Virus record (IMG/VR): IMGVR_UViG_3300027710_000820
Span: 1-55,547 of that record
From: a virus
Lineage: Duplodnaviria > Caudoviricetes
Strand: one strand, 5' to 3'
Length of the DNA stretch: 55,547 nucleotides
Part shown: in pieces, positions 36,089 to 46,122 of the stretch
Layout: each line of letters opens with the position of its first letter
Numbering within the stretch: the first letter of the stretch is position 1
Notes under the pieces: model-generated
The model's database searches: none
What the model was told of the DNA's origin: nothing
What the model saw: the letters and a program-made list of their open reading frames with translations, nothing else
Program-made: the position numbers and the translations under genes

Positions 36089-36947
36089 TTTTTATTTTTT
36101 CCAATGTTTCACTCAACTTGGCAGTAGCCCAATCTCGCTCAAGGCACCAAAAACAAGTACCGCATTCAGGAACCTTCATTCCTGGAGTATATTCTTTATG
36201 ACTTGCTACTACTTCTTTGATTGCTTTAGCATTAACATCGCCTTCACAGCTTCGTGTAATATCTAATAGATCAGTAATTCCAAATAAATGATATTGTGCA
36301 ATAATCCAAGACTTATCAACAAATCTAAAAGGATGGCATAAAAATCTATCGTTGGTGTAAATTAACACGTCTCGAATTTCGCCTTCACTTGCAGTTTTTT
36401 GCCTGTTGGCCATTTTCTTTGGGAAGTCTTCTTCTAAAGGATTTTGCGAAGTAGCGTTAAAAATTGCATTAAGTTTATGCTTGAACACACAGTATTCATT
36501 GAAGCCATATATAGAAATTTGATCACCACTTCTCATATGATCCGTATAAACTAGATCCCTAAAAACATTGCCAGATACTCCATGCTCTAACTCAGGTGTA
36601 ATGAAGTTTTCATGGCGTTCTCCAATTATATCAGGGAACATTTCTTTTAAATGTTTGTAAACTTCGACACTAACTGGGCCTTGCCATGGGCGTGTGGTCC
36701 AACACCTAACATGCGTTATAATGTCAATAGTACATTTAAAATTATTTTCTGTAATTATTTTACATAGCAAATATGTAAGACATGCGCTGTCTGCACCGCC
36801 TGACAAGTTCATTCCTATTTTGTTCCACTTGGCACTAAATGGAATTTCTAATCCATTAATTTTAAAAAATTGTATAGCGTGTTCAGTACCAATGTTTGCT
36901 TCTAGTTGGCCTAGGTTATGATATATTGCATTAGATTGTTCAAACAT
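36081..36947 (-). CDS. QueC-like PP-loop ATPase (adenine nucleotide alpha-hydrolase)
   Basis: LSGGADS PP-loop, PF...K..I, and a QueC-type zinc tail TRSC...CGTCFWCLER. Confidence 0.72.
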   Translation of the reverse strand: MFEQSNAIYHNLGQLEANIGTEHAIQFFKINGLEIPFSAKWNKIGMNLSGGADSACLTYLLCKIITENNFKCTIDIITHVRCWTTRPWQGPVSVEVYKHLKEMFPDIIGERHENFITPELEHGVSGNVFRDLVYTDHMRSGDQISIYGFNEYCVFKHKLNAIFNATSQNPLEEDFPKKMANRQKTASEGEIRDVLIYTNDRFLCHPFRFVDKSWIIAQYHLFGITDLLDITRSCEGDVNAKAIKEVVASHKEYTPGMKVPECGTCFWCLERDWATAKLSETLEKIKNV

Positions 36948-38286
36948 CGCTAACCCTTTCTATGTTTCCGTTTACAAATTTATATTTTTTCATGTAATCA
37001 TTAAAATTGTGTTTCCATATCACATCTGTCTTTCTAATAAAAATCATAAATGCATCCCATTCTGATTCTTTTGGGATATGATTAAAAATATAATCCTCAA
37101 TGTCCTTTAGAGCTCGAAGTGCAGACTTGATATCCTTAAACTCACCGGTACGAGAATCAAATCCTCTGCGATGTTTATATTGCTCTAAATTAGCTTTACG
37201 CTTTGCATCTTCATCCATTACTATTTTGTAAGCACTTTGAATATCTTGTTTGACTTCATCTTTAAATTTCATTGTCATCAATGCAGGATTCATATAACGC
37301 GGTGTATAAACTATAGCAGAATTAATATGATCCACATCAAGGGTCATAAACGATTCAAATACGTTTTCAATGTCCATTATTTGATATGCACTTGTTGTAC
37401 ACACAATGTTAAGTTCGCACTTTCTATCCACTGCTCTAAACTTTTCAACATTGCTTTTTAAAACGTCCCAATCACCAGTTCTAAAGTATTCGTATATGTT
37501 AGTACCTGCATCAAGTGACATATGTATTAGTCCTCGACCAAACGGTGCTAGTAAATTAGATAACTTAACAGGATCAAATTTAGCATTAAAATTAGAGTGA
37601 AATGTTAATGCAATGTTCTTTGCATTAGGATGATTTGCAAGTTTTTCTAAACAAGGAAAAAATTGTTTTTGATATAACACTTCGCCGCCAGCAAAATCTA
37701 TTTTTCTAATATTAGGAAAATGTGTATTCAAATCATTAACAATTTGTTCCATCTCTTCAATTGAAATAGATATTGATAAATCCTCGTCCTTACTTTGCTT
37801 ATGAAATTCTCTTGTTAACTGTATAAGTTTGTTATCTTTATCTTCTTTGTCAGACTTATAATTTTTTAACTTACTCATCCATCCGCTTGAATATACATCA
37901 CTGCAATGTAAGCAGGCAAAATTACAACTATTACTAAAACGTAACTCAATATGTTTTACCGAGGCAAAATCAATTTCGCCAGTTAATGCATTATACATGT
38001 CAAGATCAAATGCAATTTCTGGCATTTGATCAAAATCCTGCCGCATAGATTTTGCGCCGATATCCTCTACTTCTTTACATAGATGGCATCCTGGAGACCA
38101 CTGCCCAGACATTAACTCTTTTCTATGCTGTTTAAATTTTTCAGAGTTGATGATTTCTGAAGGCTTAATCACATGCGTATCTTTGTAGATATGCAACTGA
38201 TCAGATTGTTGTGGGCAACTGGTTACAAATCCATTTTTGTAATTTAATGCGCCAAGTGCATATGGACACAATAACTGCTTAGCCAT
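36940..38286 (-). CDS. Radical SAM protein with N-terminal SPASM/Twitch-like domain
   Basis: CPY...SC...CHLC; CNFACLHC; FAGGE. Confidence 0.88.
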   Translation of the reverse strand: MAKQLLCPYALGALNYKNGFVTSCPQQSDQLHIYKDTHVIKPSEIINSEKFKQHRKELMSGQWSPGCHLCKEVEDIGAKSMRQDFDQMPEIAFDLDMYNALTGEIDFASVKHIELRFSNSCNFACLHCSDVYSSGWMSKLKNYKSDKEDKDNKLIQLTREFHKQSKDEDLSISISIEEMEQIVNDLNTHFPNIRKIDFAGGEVLYQKQFFPCLEKLANHPNAKNIALTFHSNFNAKFDPVKLSNLLAPFGRGLIHMSLDAGTNIYEYFRTGDWDVLKSNVEKFRAVDRKCELNIVCTTSAYQIMDIENVFESFMTLDVDHINSAIVYTPRYMNPALMTMKFKDEVKQDIQSAYKIVMDEDAKRKANLEQYKHRRGFDSRTGEFKDIKSALRALKDIEDYIFNHIPKESEWDAFMIFIRKTDVIWKHNFNDYMKKYKFVNGNIERVSDV

Positions 38287-39685
38287 TGAATATGTCCTTC
38301 ATCTCAGAAAACACGGTAGCAAAATCAATACCTCGTTGCATGTCACATAAATCAAGGAACTCTTTCATTTCAGGAAGTCTGACAGTCCAGTCTTCACTTT
38401 CCATAAACTTCAACATGCCTTCTAAACGACTAATGCCATAACTAGCATTACGCCATTGTTCATAAGTAACTTTACCTTTGTGCCACTCTGGGACACCTTT
38501 TTCCCAATTAGCTTCCCACCAAGGATAAAATTCTTCATACTTCTTACGGCATGCTTCTTTGAACCATTTAGGCAGTACTTTGACATTTAGATGGGGTGGG
38601 TGATAAACAAAGTGATAGTTAACTCCGCCGGCGCCAAAGGGCCACATGTTAATTTTCTTAAAGCCTTGTTCCAACTTCCACTTAATAAAGTCTGGAATAT
38701 AATAGATGTTTAAAGCCTGTACCGCACAAGCCACAGTAACTTCTGTGTTATCAGGAGTCTGTGTATCTAGTATACGGAATACTTCAGCAGTTCTTTCCCA
38801 CTTACTAGGATAACGAATATAATCGTTCATCTCTTCGATGCTGTCTACACTATAGTGAAAGCGTACTAGCTTAAATTGTTTCCACAGATCAAACAAGTCG
38901 TCACGCCATTCTACACCATTGCTGTTGTAACGTAGCTCTAAGTTCTTAGCATGGCCCTGCCTAATACATTCTTCTAGAATTTCGTAGTGTTCTTCAATAA
39001 TTAAACTTTCGCCACCTGCAAAGTATAACTGTTGCATATTAGGGATTTGTTCATAAAACTGTTTCCAGAATACTGGATTGTTTTTATGCCAGTTATAACT
39101 ACTACCATTTGTTGAACCTTTGTTAGCCCAAAGGGTAGTTTGTTTTAATGTTGGGTTAGTAATCTTAGGATGGATTGCTTGCCAATCTTTAATCCACCCA
39201 CTGCTATCATGCGGACTACACATTACACAGGCTAATTGGCATTTGGTGCCAAATCGTAAATCAATATAATTCAATTGGGGTGGAACTGCACCTTCTTCAC
39301 TTGTATCTGCAATTAGCTTGTCCAAGTCAACACGCTCACTCCAATAAGCAGTTTCCCACATACGTTTGCTATTATGGCCGGCTGCTTCTTCTTTATAGCA
39401 TTTGATACAGCTAGGTGGTTGTTCACCGTTAAGCATTTGCTTACGAACGTTTTTCATATATGTGCTATTCCAACTAGATTGGAAATCACTTACATTCAAG
39501 TTTGCAGGTTTACCTTCATCTGTTTTAAGAATACCGACCATGCCGCCGTGTGCTTTGTCATTTGTAGGGCCTACACTACTAGCGTTGGCTGTACAACATA
39601 CTCGCATACTACCGTCAGGGCGTGTACTTAAATGCACCCATGGTAATATGCAAAATGTTTCTGATGGAAGTTTACGATCTGTCAT
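38279..39685 (-). CDS. Radical SAM protein with N-terminal SPASM/Twitch-like domain
   Basis: CILPW...VCC...CIKC; CQLACVMC; FAGGE. Confidence 0.9.
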   Translation of the reverse strand: MTDRKLPSETFCILPWVHLSTRPDGSMRVCCTANASSVGPTNDKAHGGMVGILKTDEGKPANLNVSDFQSSWNSTYMKNVRKQMLNGEQPPSCIKCYKEEAAGHNSKRMWETAYWSERVDLDKLIADTSEEGAVPPQLNYIDLRFGTKCQLACVMCSPHDSSGWIKDWQAIHPKITNPTLKQTTLWANKGSTNGSSYNWHKNNPVFWKQFYEQIPNMQQLYFAGGESLIIEEHYEILEECIRQGHAKNLELRYNSNGVEWRDDLFDLWKQFKLVRFHYSVDSIEEMNDYIRYPSKWERTAEVFRILDTQTPDNTEVTVACAVQALNIYYIPDFIKWKLEQGFKKINMWPFGAGGVNYHFVYHPPHLNVKVLPKWFKEACRKKYEEFYPWWEANWEKGVPEWHKGKVTYEQWRNASYGISRLEGMLKFMESEDWTVRLPEMKEFLDLCDMQRGIDFATVFSEMKDIFNG

Positions 39686-40794
39686 TTAAATTTAATCTCA
39701 TTTTGATATGCTTTTTTGTATCCGCAAGTTTTAATACATCTTGCAAGATGTTGATTGTGTGCAGGATCCCAACTCATTGCTAGTGTTTCACTAAACCATC
39801 TGTTTTGTAATACATCGTCGATGCTTTTGTCTTTTAAACTATTCCATCCAGCATCATATTCGCTAAGTTTCTTACGTATACCTTCTTTATCTTTAAAATA
39901 GCTGTCCCATAAGAAACAACAAGGCCACATAGTTTGATCAGCGGCTATAAAAATTTCACCTTCGTGTACTAACTTACAAACAATAGAGTCTAGAATTTCA
40001 TGCTTTTTAGCTTCTTCATCAATAACACGCTGACTCCAAGTTTCCTCGTTTTCAAGAACTGGAATTTCTGGTTCTTTATATGTTTCAATAAATTGTTGTA
40101 ATTCTTTAACTTGTTCTTTTTTGCTATGTTCTTTATCGCCAGTTGTTGTAATCACAACTTCTTCTTTAATTACTTTTTTTGTTACGCCATCTTTTTTACG
40201 TACAACTGCTACCCAATCATGCATACTATTACGCATACCAGTACGAGTGGCAAACTTAAATCCCAACCGTTTAGCATGTTCTTCAGCAACGGCCAACTCG
40301 TGTTCATTATGGTCGAACACAATAAACATCCACGTGCCATTGCCGCCACCTTGAGCATAAGCTGTCATATTTCTATTAATGACATCAAACACAGTGTTGA
40401 CACGATAAATGTGATTGGTTTCTTTGTGACCATCAACGCAGAATACAACATCAACTTTTCTAGTACGATTGCTAACTTCTCCTAATTGTTTCCACCAGTC
40501 CGCAGTTTGTACGCCGCCATTTGTACTTAATTGGCAATACCCGCCGTTCAAAGTCAAATAATCTACCATAGGCAAACAGTCAGGATTAAATGCAGGGTCA
40601 CCAAGAACTCCGCAAAATTTAAAACGCTTGTCTTTAATATGTCTTGACGTTGGGAACAATCTCTTTAAATCATCAATTCCAAAACTGTTAATTTCTAAAA
40701 TATCAGGATTTTGTGTCCTAGCACATCCAGGGCAGGCTGCATTACAGTTGCTTGTAATCTCTAATTCAATCTTGTTAATATCATCTATGTTCAT
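39682..40794 (-). CDS. Radical SAM protein with C-terminal SPASM/Twitch-like domain
   Basis: CNAACPGC and CGVLGDP; C-terminal VC...WPCC...CIKTC. Confidence 0.9.
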   Translation of the reverse strand: MNIDDINKIELEITSNCNAACPGCARTQNPDILEINSFGIDDLKRLFPTSRHIKDKRFKFCGVLGDPAFNPDCLPMVDYLTLNGGYCQLSTNGGVQTADWWKQLGEVSNRTRKVDVVFCVDGHKETNHIYRVNTVFDVINRNMTAYAQGGGNGTWMFIVFDHNEHELAVAEEHAKRLGFKFATRTGMRNSMHDWVAVVRKKDGVTKKVIKEEVVITTTGDKEHSKKEQVKELQQFIETYKEPEIPVLENEETWSQRVIDEEAKKHEILDSIVCKLVHEGEIFIAADQTMWPCCFLWDSYFKDKEGIRKKLSEYDAGWNSLKDKSIDDVLQNRWFSETLAMSWDPAHNQHLARCIKTCGYKKAYQNEIKFK

Positions 40795-41957
40795 TTAAAT
40801 TGTTCCGCAAAGGCATCATATTTACCGCAAGTCTTAGCACACACGGATAATTTGCCTTCCGCACATGATGGTTTATTCCAACTATCTGGAATAACTTTTT
40901 GAAAATACATGCCATCTATTATTTTCTCTAAACTGTGTTCTTTGGCGTTCAGTGAATTCTTTCCGACTTGATCTATTGCTTGCCATATTTGTGTGCCCGC
41001 TTTTGTGTGGTACCAAACATACATCTGCCCAGCAGTCCAGCAACATGGTTGCACTATTCCTTCAGCACTAACGTACACAGATTTTTCTTCAGCAACTTTG
41101 CATTTAATTTGTGCAGAATCTAATTCTAATTCCATTTTAGTCTTCTTAGCTGGATCTAGATTGAATCTCTGCGGGCCCTGTATTGCTATTGCTTCGGTCT
41201 GTTTAGACGGTAGAAATTTAACAGCTTCAGTTTTACCCAATATACCACTTAGCTGATCTAATACGCTATTTCTATATTTAGAATTTGTAGGTGCTTGTAA
41301 CAATGCAGTTTCGGCACCTTTACGATTAGTAGCTTGATGTACTTCTTTTGTAGTACCACTAGCATTGCTAAAAAATCTAGCAGACTTTTTGTATTGAAAT
41401 TTTTCAAAGCCCATTTGTTTTGACAGTGCTTCTGCTTCATCTACTTGATGCTCATTGTGTGCAAATACAATGTAATCCCATCTAGCTCGGCCACCAGCAT
41501 TGATAAATGCTTGAGCATTTTCCATTATTTTAGCCCATACTGTATTTTGTCTATATAAGTGATTAGTGTCCTCTAACCCATCAATACTAAAAACTACGTG
41601 ACTCTTTTGTCCCAACACTTTTGCTAAATTAGCCCACCAGTCAGGTTTCTTAGCACTGCCGTTTGTGTGCATACTAAGATGTATTTTAGGGTTATGTTGT
41701 CTAAAATATTCAAATACTTCCAATGTATCTTTTGCGGCGATAGGATCGCCATAGTTGCCGCACATATATAATCTATCTAACTGTGCAATAAACGTGGGAC
41801 TAAAAATTGTTTTACAATCTTCTAAACTTAATTCAGCATTTGTTAAATGCGGATTTTCTTCACCACCGTTAATATTTCTAGCACACATTGGACAGGCAGC
41901 ATTACACGCTTCTGTAATTTCTAAATGAACTGATTTTATTTCATTTGCTCTATACAT
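40791..41957 (-). CDS. Radical SAM protein with C-terminal SPASM/Twitch-like domain
   Basis: CNAACPMC and CGNYGDP; C-terminal KC...QPCC...CAKTC. Paralogue of 39682-40794. Confidence 0.9.
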   Translation of the reverse strand: MYRANEIKSVHLEITEACNAACPMCARNINGGEENPHLTNAELSLEDCKTIFSPTFIAQLDRLYMCGNYGDPIAAKDTLEVFEYFRQHNPKIHLSMHTNGSAKKPDWWANLAKVLGQKSHVVFSIDGLEDTNHLYRQNTVWAKIMENAQAFINAGGRARWDYIVFAHNEHQVDEAEALSKQMGFEKFQYKKSARFFSNASGTTKEVHQATNRKGAETALLQAPTNSKYRNSVLDQLSGILGKTEAVKFLPSKQTEAIAIQGPQRFNLDPAKKTKMELELDSAQIKCKVAEEKSVYVSAEGIVQPCCWTAGQMYVWYHTKAGTQIWQAIDQVGKNSLNAKEHSLEKIIDGMYFQKVIPDSWNKPSCAEGKLSVCAKTCGKYDAFAEQFK

Positions 41958-41959
41958 TA

Positions 41960-42181
41960 CTAATCCAGTATTAACTTTACATCTTTGCCAGGGCCCACTT
42001 TGCTAGGTAAATCTCCGTGCTGTTCAACATACCACTTAATAACAGCCTTATACCAATTTTGACTGTTATGATGTGCTTCTTTATTGAATTTGTGTATATT
42101 GTTATTAGTGGCTTCAAAAGAACTCAAAGCTCTGGCAGCTTCTTTTTGCAGTTCACGAAGAGAAAATTCATCTATATTCAC
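41960..42181 (-). CDS. Small hypothetical protein heading the radical SAM array
   Basis: 73 aa; GTGA-coupled to the upstream gene. Confidence 0.65.
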   Translation of the reverse strand: MNIDEFSLRELQKEAARALSSFEATNNNIHKFNKEAHHNSQNWYKAVIKWYVEQHGDLPSKVGPGKDVKLILD

Positions 42182-43122
42182 GGTCTTCCAATAAGCATAT
42201 ATCGCTTATAGCCTGTTAATTGTAACACACCTTCGTACAAAAGTCTAGTCATAGGAAACTTTTTCTTCATTTCTCCCATGCTATGAATTGAATTAATGTG
42301 ATCTTCAACTTCATGTAGATTATTAGATTGGATAACAAACAAGGGATCTGTTTCCAAAGGGCGGTTAACAAACTTGTGGTACCAATCTTCGTGAAAGTGT
42401 TCAGCACTGGTATTGATAATTAGATCAGGATTAGACTTTTCACTGACCAATAGATCATTTGCATAATTTTTGAGTTTGTAATCACACCCTGTTCTGTACA
42501 ACCAGCTCATGTCATTTAGATCAACTTCTGCAGATTTAATTTGATAGTTTTCAATTTTATCTACATTGAAGATTTGATCGCTGACCTTACAAGCAGTTGG
42601 GTCAATATCTAACACACGAATTTTGTCATAAGTTATTTCTGCATGATCCATAAAATATCTAAGTTGGCCAAACCAACCTGCAAGGAAAAAGACCATGTTA
42701 AAATCTGTTTTAATTTTTGCTAGTTCAGTTACTAACCAAATTTTGCTGTTCACTTGTCCACGACTGAACGCATCTTGTAATGCTAATGGGTTATGCTGTT
42801 CTCTATAATATTTGTTGATAATTTTAAAAATCAATTCATTAGGATACAACAACGATAATGCAGAACTAATTTCATTTAATTTCATATTGTCACTTGCATT
42901 AGCAGTGTGACTATAAAAATTTAAAACATTAAATATGTCTTTTTCAGTTAGATCTTTGGGCAACGATTCCAACATAACATTGCGTAGGGTATGCGCTTTA
43001 TTTTCTGAATACATTACTTTTAAAAAATTAGCGCAGGAATCTGCAATGTCATTGCTTTGCTTAAACCTAAAATAATCTTCTAGTCCGTGTAACCAGCTAA
43101 TACTATCAGTGTTCTTTTCCAT
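42178..43122 (-). CDS. Class I SAM-dependent methyltransferase-like protein
   Basis: Motif I-like FLAGWFG, VLDIDP and IINTSAEH. ATG at 43122 with an AAGGA RBS. Confidence 0.6.
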   Translation of the reverse strand: MEKNTDSISWLHGLEDYFRFKQSNDIADSCANFLKVMYSENKAHTLRNVMLESLPKDLTEKDIFNVLNFYSHTANASDNMKLNEISSALSLLYPNELIFKIINKYYREQHNPLALQDAFSRGQVNSKIWLVTELAKIKTDFNMVFFLAGWFGQLRYFMDHAEITYDKIRVLDIDPTACKVSDQIFNVDKIENYQIKSAEVDLNDMSWLYRTGCDYKLKNYANDLLVSEKSNPDLIINTSAEHFHEDWYHKFVNRPLETDPLFVIQSNNLHEVEDHINSIHSMGEMKKKFPMTRLLYEGVLQLTGYKRYMLIGRP

Positions 43123-43801
43123 TATATTCCTTATTAAACTGTTCTTCAAGCCATGAAAAATCGTTAATCATTGTTAGTGCGGCAATATCATCCTTATGCA
43201 TCATTCCGTATTTTGTACCAGCTTTGGCGCCTAAAATAGCATACTTACCAAACTGCTTATCTTGTCCTACTGTACACCAAGTACGTAATCTAATATTTGT
43301 TTCTTCTTCTTTTTGTCGATCAATTACTTTACTTGATAATTTACAACATTCTCTAAATGCACTTTTCCAAGTATTAAACGCATCAGTATTGAATGATGTA
43401 ATATTGCTAACTTTTTCCATAGCTCTAAAATGCTTGCTAATACTAGTAGTCATGTCTGGCTTACTTGTATCCATATTAACTGTTAGATATCTCGGTAATA
43501 ACTTTACACCGCCGTTACCGTACTCTAAATAATTTACAGGATTTAAACTACGCCATACATGGACTGTTTGGGTTGTCCATTTATCAACCTTATGGTCAAA
43601 ATTAAAACTATCTAAAACTTCTGCGTCACCATCAACAACCCAAAACATTTCTGTAAAACATTTCTTAGCGGCAACAATATGTGCATTATGTATTCCCTTA
43701 ACACCGTGTACACGTTTAGCCATAGGAAATCTAGATTTTAACCTGTTCCAATTAATATCTGCATTAATTTCCTGGTAGCTTATAAACACTATATCGTACA
43801 T
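43106..43801 (-). CDS. GT-A/GT2-like glycosyltransferase
   Basis: IVFISYQE, DxD motif in FWVVDGD, YGNGGVK and AFRE. Confidence 0.65.
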   Translation of the reverse strand: MYDIVFISYQEINADINWNRLKSRFPMAKRVHGVKGIHNAHIVAAKKCFTEMFWVVDGDAEVLDSFNFDHKVDKWTTQTVHVWRSLNPVNYLEYGNGGVKLLPRYLTVNMDTSKPDMTTSISKHFRAMEKVSNITSFNTDAFNTWKSAFRECCKLSSKVIDRQKEEETNIRLRTWCTVGQDKQFGKYAILGAKAGTKYGMMHKDDIAALTMINDFSWLEEQFNKEYNGKEH

Positions 43802-44724
43802 TATTTCTCCACTATAAAATTATTAGGCATTCTTGGTGGATTAGTATATAAGGTTTTAAATAATTTGCTCTGTTCACTTGTGTATGGATCAGCTATAGCT
43901 AGGTCTAGTTCATACTTGAGCGTTTCACCAATACCCATAATTTCAAATGGTAGCATTTTTTCAGTTGTCTTACTATCATGTTCTTCCCAATAGGAATTTA
44001 GCCACTTAAAATCTCTAACATTGACATAGTCCCAGTCGGTGCAATTAGTCATATAGCACCCTTGTCGAGCTCCGTATATTGCCCACTGGCCGTTTAATAC
44101 GTCCATGCCTACATGCATCCATACTAGTAGTCGATGAAAGTTTTTCCAATGAACTTGTTTATTAAAATTTTTAGGATCTGCTTTACTTCCTTCTAACAAT
44201 CCCATTTTAACTCCTTCTCGGAAACCTGCTCGCCATGCCTGTTGCGGTGTTGCGTTATTATGTACATCACTCATGCACTCTGCCATTTGAATATAATTAA
44301 TATCCCAACAAAAATCAACCTGTGTTTTGGCATTGTCTGACTCTGCATTTTCATGAGTTTTCATATCTAAAACAAGTTGAGTTGGCCAACATTTGATCCC
44401 GCCGTTGCCATACACTAGACCATTAATAGTATTCCTGGCACCCCAACTAATAACACTATTACCAAGATCAACTTCGTCTTTAAACTCTATTTCCTGTTTT
44501 AAAAATTCTGTACGAATTGTGTTATCACCGTCAACTACAATTAAACGTTCTGTTTCACAAATTTTTGCACAGGCTTTGTGGGCGGCATCACTGCCATCGA
44601 CGCCGTGTACACGTTTTGCCCAAGGCACTTTTGTTAATAAATCTGCATAATTTTTTTCTGCATTAGGTTCATCGTAACTTAGATATACAATATCGCAATC
44701 AATAATTTTAATTTTTTTACTCAT
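43801..44724 (-). CDS. GT-A/GT2-like glycosyltransferase, paralogue of 43106-43801
   Basis: IVYLSYDE, AKRVHGV, LIVVDGD, YGNGGIK and AGFREG. Confidence 0.65.
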   Translation of the reverse strand: MSKKIKIIDCDIVYLSYDEPNAEKNYADLLTKVPWAKRVHGVDGSDAAHKACAKICETERLIVVDGDNTIRTEFLKQEIEFKDEVDLGNSVISWGARNTINGLVYGNGGIKCWPTQLVLDMKTHENAESDNAKTQVDFCWDINYIQMAECMSDVHNNATPQQAWRAGFREGVKMGLLEGSKADPKNFNKQVHWKNFHRLLVWMHVGMDVLNGQWAIYGARQGCYMTNCTDWDYVNVRDFKWLNSYWEEHDSKTTEKMLPFEIMGIGETLKYELDLAIADPYTSEQSKLFKTLYTNPPRMPNNFIVEK

Positions 44725-45305
44725 TTTACTAGTATCCCGTATGAATTAAATTGCTTCATAGTCGTTACGCTTGGAATTTTTGGTGTATAATTACACGCTA
44801 ATACAATACTATTAACTAGATCATTTCCTGTAACTTGTAGAGTTTCAATCAAGTAATGCGGATCTCTATCCTTAACTAGGAAAAAACTATAAATTTTATC
44901 TATCGAATACTGATGCACTGTTTGTATGCCAGCGTCATTTAATACAAACTGCCAAGTTTTATTTGTTTTATCAAATATAATCGTTAAATCTTTTAGCATT
45001 TCACTACCTACTAAAGGAATAGTATAAAGCAAATTGTTGGCAATATCTATGCTACTTTCATCCTTTAAATTATTTTCATAATTAAACTTAAAATAATCAA
45101 TTTTATATCTGCCAAAATCTTTTTTACCTAATAAAAAATCTTTTAGTTTTTCTTCTGATACTTCTAAATAATCCTTTGCGCTATCTTTAACATTAGATAT
45201 TGAAAGTATATTTCCAAAATCGTTATAATACACATACATGTTAGGATGTATGTAAGACAACTGTTTTACTTGCTCAAGTTGTTCTAATGTTAATTCATCA
45301 GACAT
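44721..45305 (-). CDS. Hypothetical protein
   Basis: 194-aa ORF overlapping both neighbours. Confidence 0.65.
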   Translation of the reverse strand: MSDELTLEQLEQVKQLSYIHPNMYVYYNDFGNILSISNVKDSAKDYLEVSEEKLKDFLLGKKDFGRYKIDYFKFNYENNLKDESSIDIANNLLYTIPLVGSEMLKDLTIIFDKTNKTWQFVLNDAGIQTVHQYSIDKIYSFFLVKDRDPHYLIETLQVTGNDLVNSIVLACNYTPKIPSVTTMKQFNSYGILVK

Positions 45306-46122
45306 GGTTATCCTCTATCATTGATAACATTTCTTTAGTTAGAAAATCATCTTCAGTATAATGAAACACACCTGTTTGCAAAAAGTTACCAACAGTTAAT
45401 TGTTTGTTTAAACTAAAATAGGACCCAACAACATCTCTCCAATTTCCTGGAGTATTTTCCCACCCCTGAATAGCAGGTTTCATATGGGTAAATGTTGGTG
45501 CGACTGTAACAAATTCTTCATGTGCATCTAAAAATTTAACTGCTAGTGCGGCATTTAAATCCATACTACAAAACTTTTGCTTTGCACCTGGCAAAAATTT
45601 TTCATAAAATTCTTTATAGTTTTCAGTTATAATTTGTAGCCACTTGTAAAACTCAAATGCTCGCTTGTTCTTTTTAAAATAATGAATACCCATATATACG
45701 TTAGGCAACGTATTATCAGTAAATGTTTTACGATAAAAATCATTAGCAATCGCACAACCTTTGTAATCAGTAACATGCCCTGTAAGAGCAACATCTTTTG
45801 ATGACATTAAATCCCACCAGTGATCATTAGATGACAGTAATAACATATCAGTGTCATATACTAAATTTTCTTTAAATGGGGTTGCGTGAATTATCTTCCA
45901 ACGATTTTCAATTTTCCAAACAGTGTCTTTGGCACTGTCGGTCCATGGAATATCAACCACATGATCAAACGCATGCCTATATTCATCTGGCACTGTATCA
46001 TTTGTAATAATGCAAGTTTGATTAATTAAGTTGTGTTGTTTGATTGTCAATGCTAAAGCATAAGCCTGCGTAACATAATCCACGTTAGAATTTTGTGCTA
46101 AAAATACGTGCCCTTTAGACAT
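45298..46122 (-). CDS. GT-A fold (GT8-like) glycosyltransferase-like protein
   Basis: DYV.QA..LA.TIK, DxD motif in TPFKENLVYDTD, and HMKP. Confidence 0.6.
   Translation of the reverse strand: MSKGHVFLAQNSNVDYVTQAYALALTIKQHNLINQTCIITNDTVPDEYRHAFDHVVDIPWTDSAKDTVWKIENRWKIIHATPFKENLVYDTDMLLLSSNDHWWDLMSSKDVALTGHVTDYKGCAIANDFYRKTFTDNTLPNVYMGIHYFKKNKRAFEFYKWLQIITENYKEFYEKFLPGAKQKFCSMDLNAALAVKFLDAHEEFVTVAPTFTHMKPAIQGWENTPGNWRDVVGSYFSLNKQLTVGNFLQTGVFHYTEDDFLTKEMLSMIEDNHV

Noticed and set aside
39682-41957. Calling these radical SAM genes moaA, pqqE or anaerobic sulfatase maturase
   Set aside because: Only generic motifs match, and partner genes (moaC, pqq genes, sulfatase) are absent from the window.
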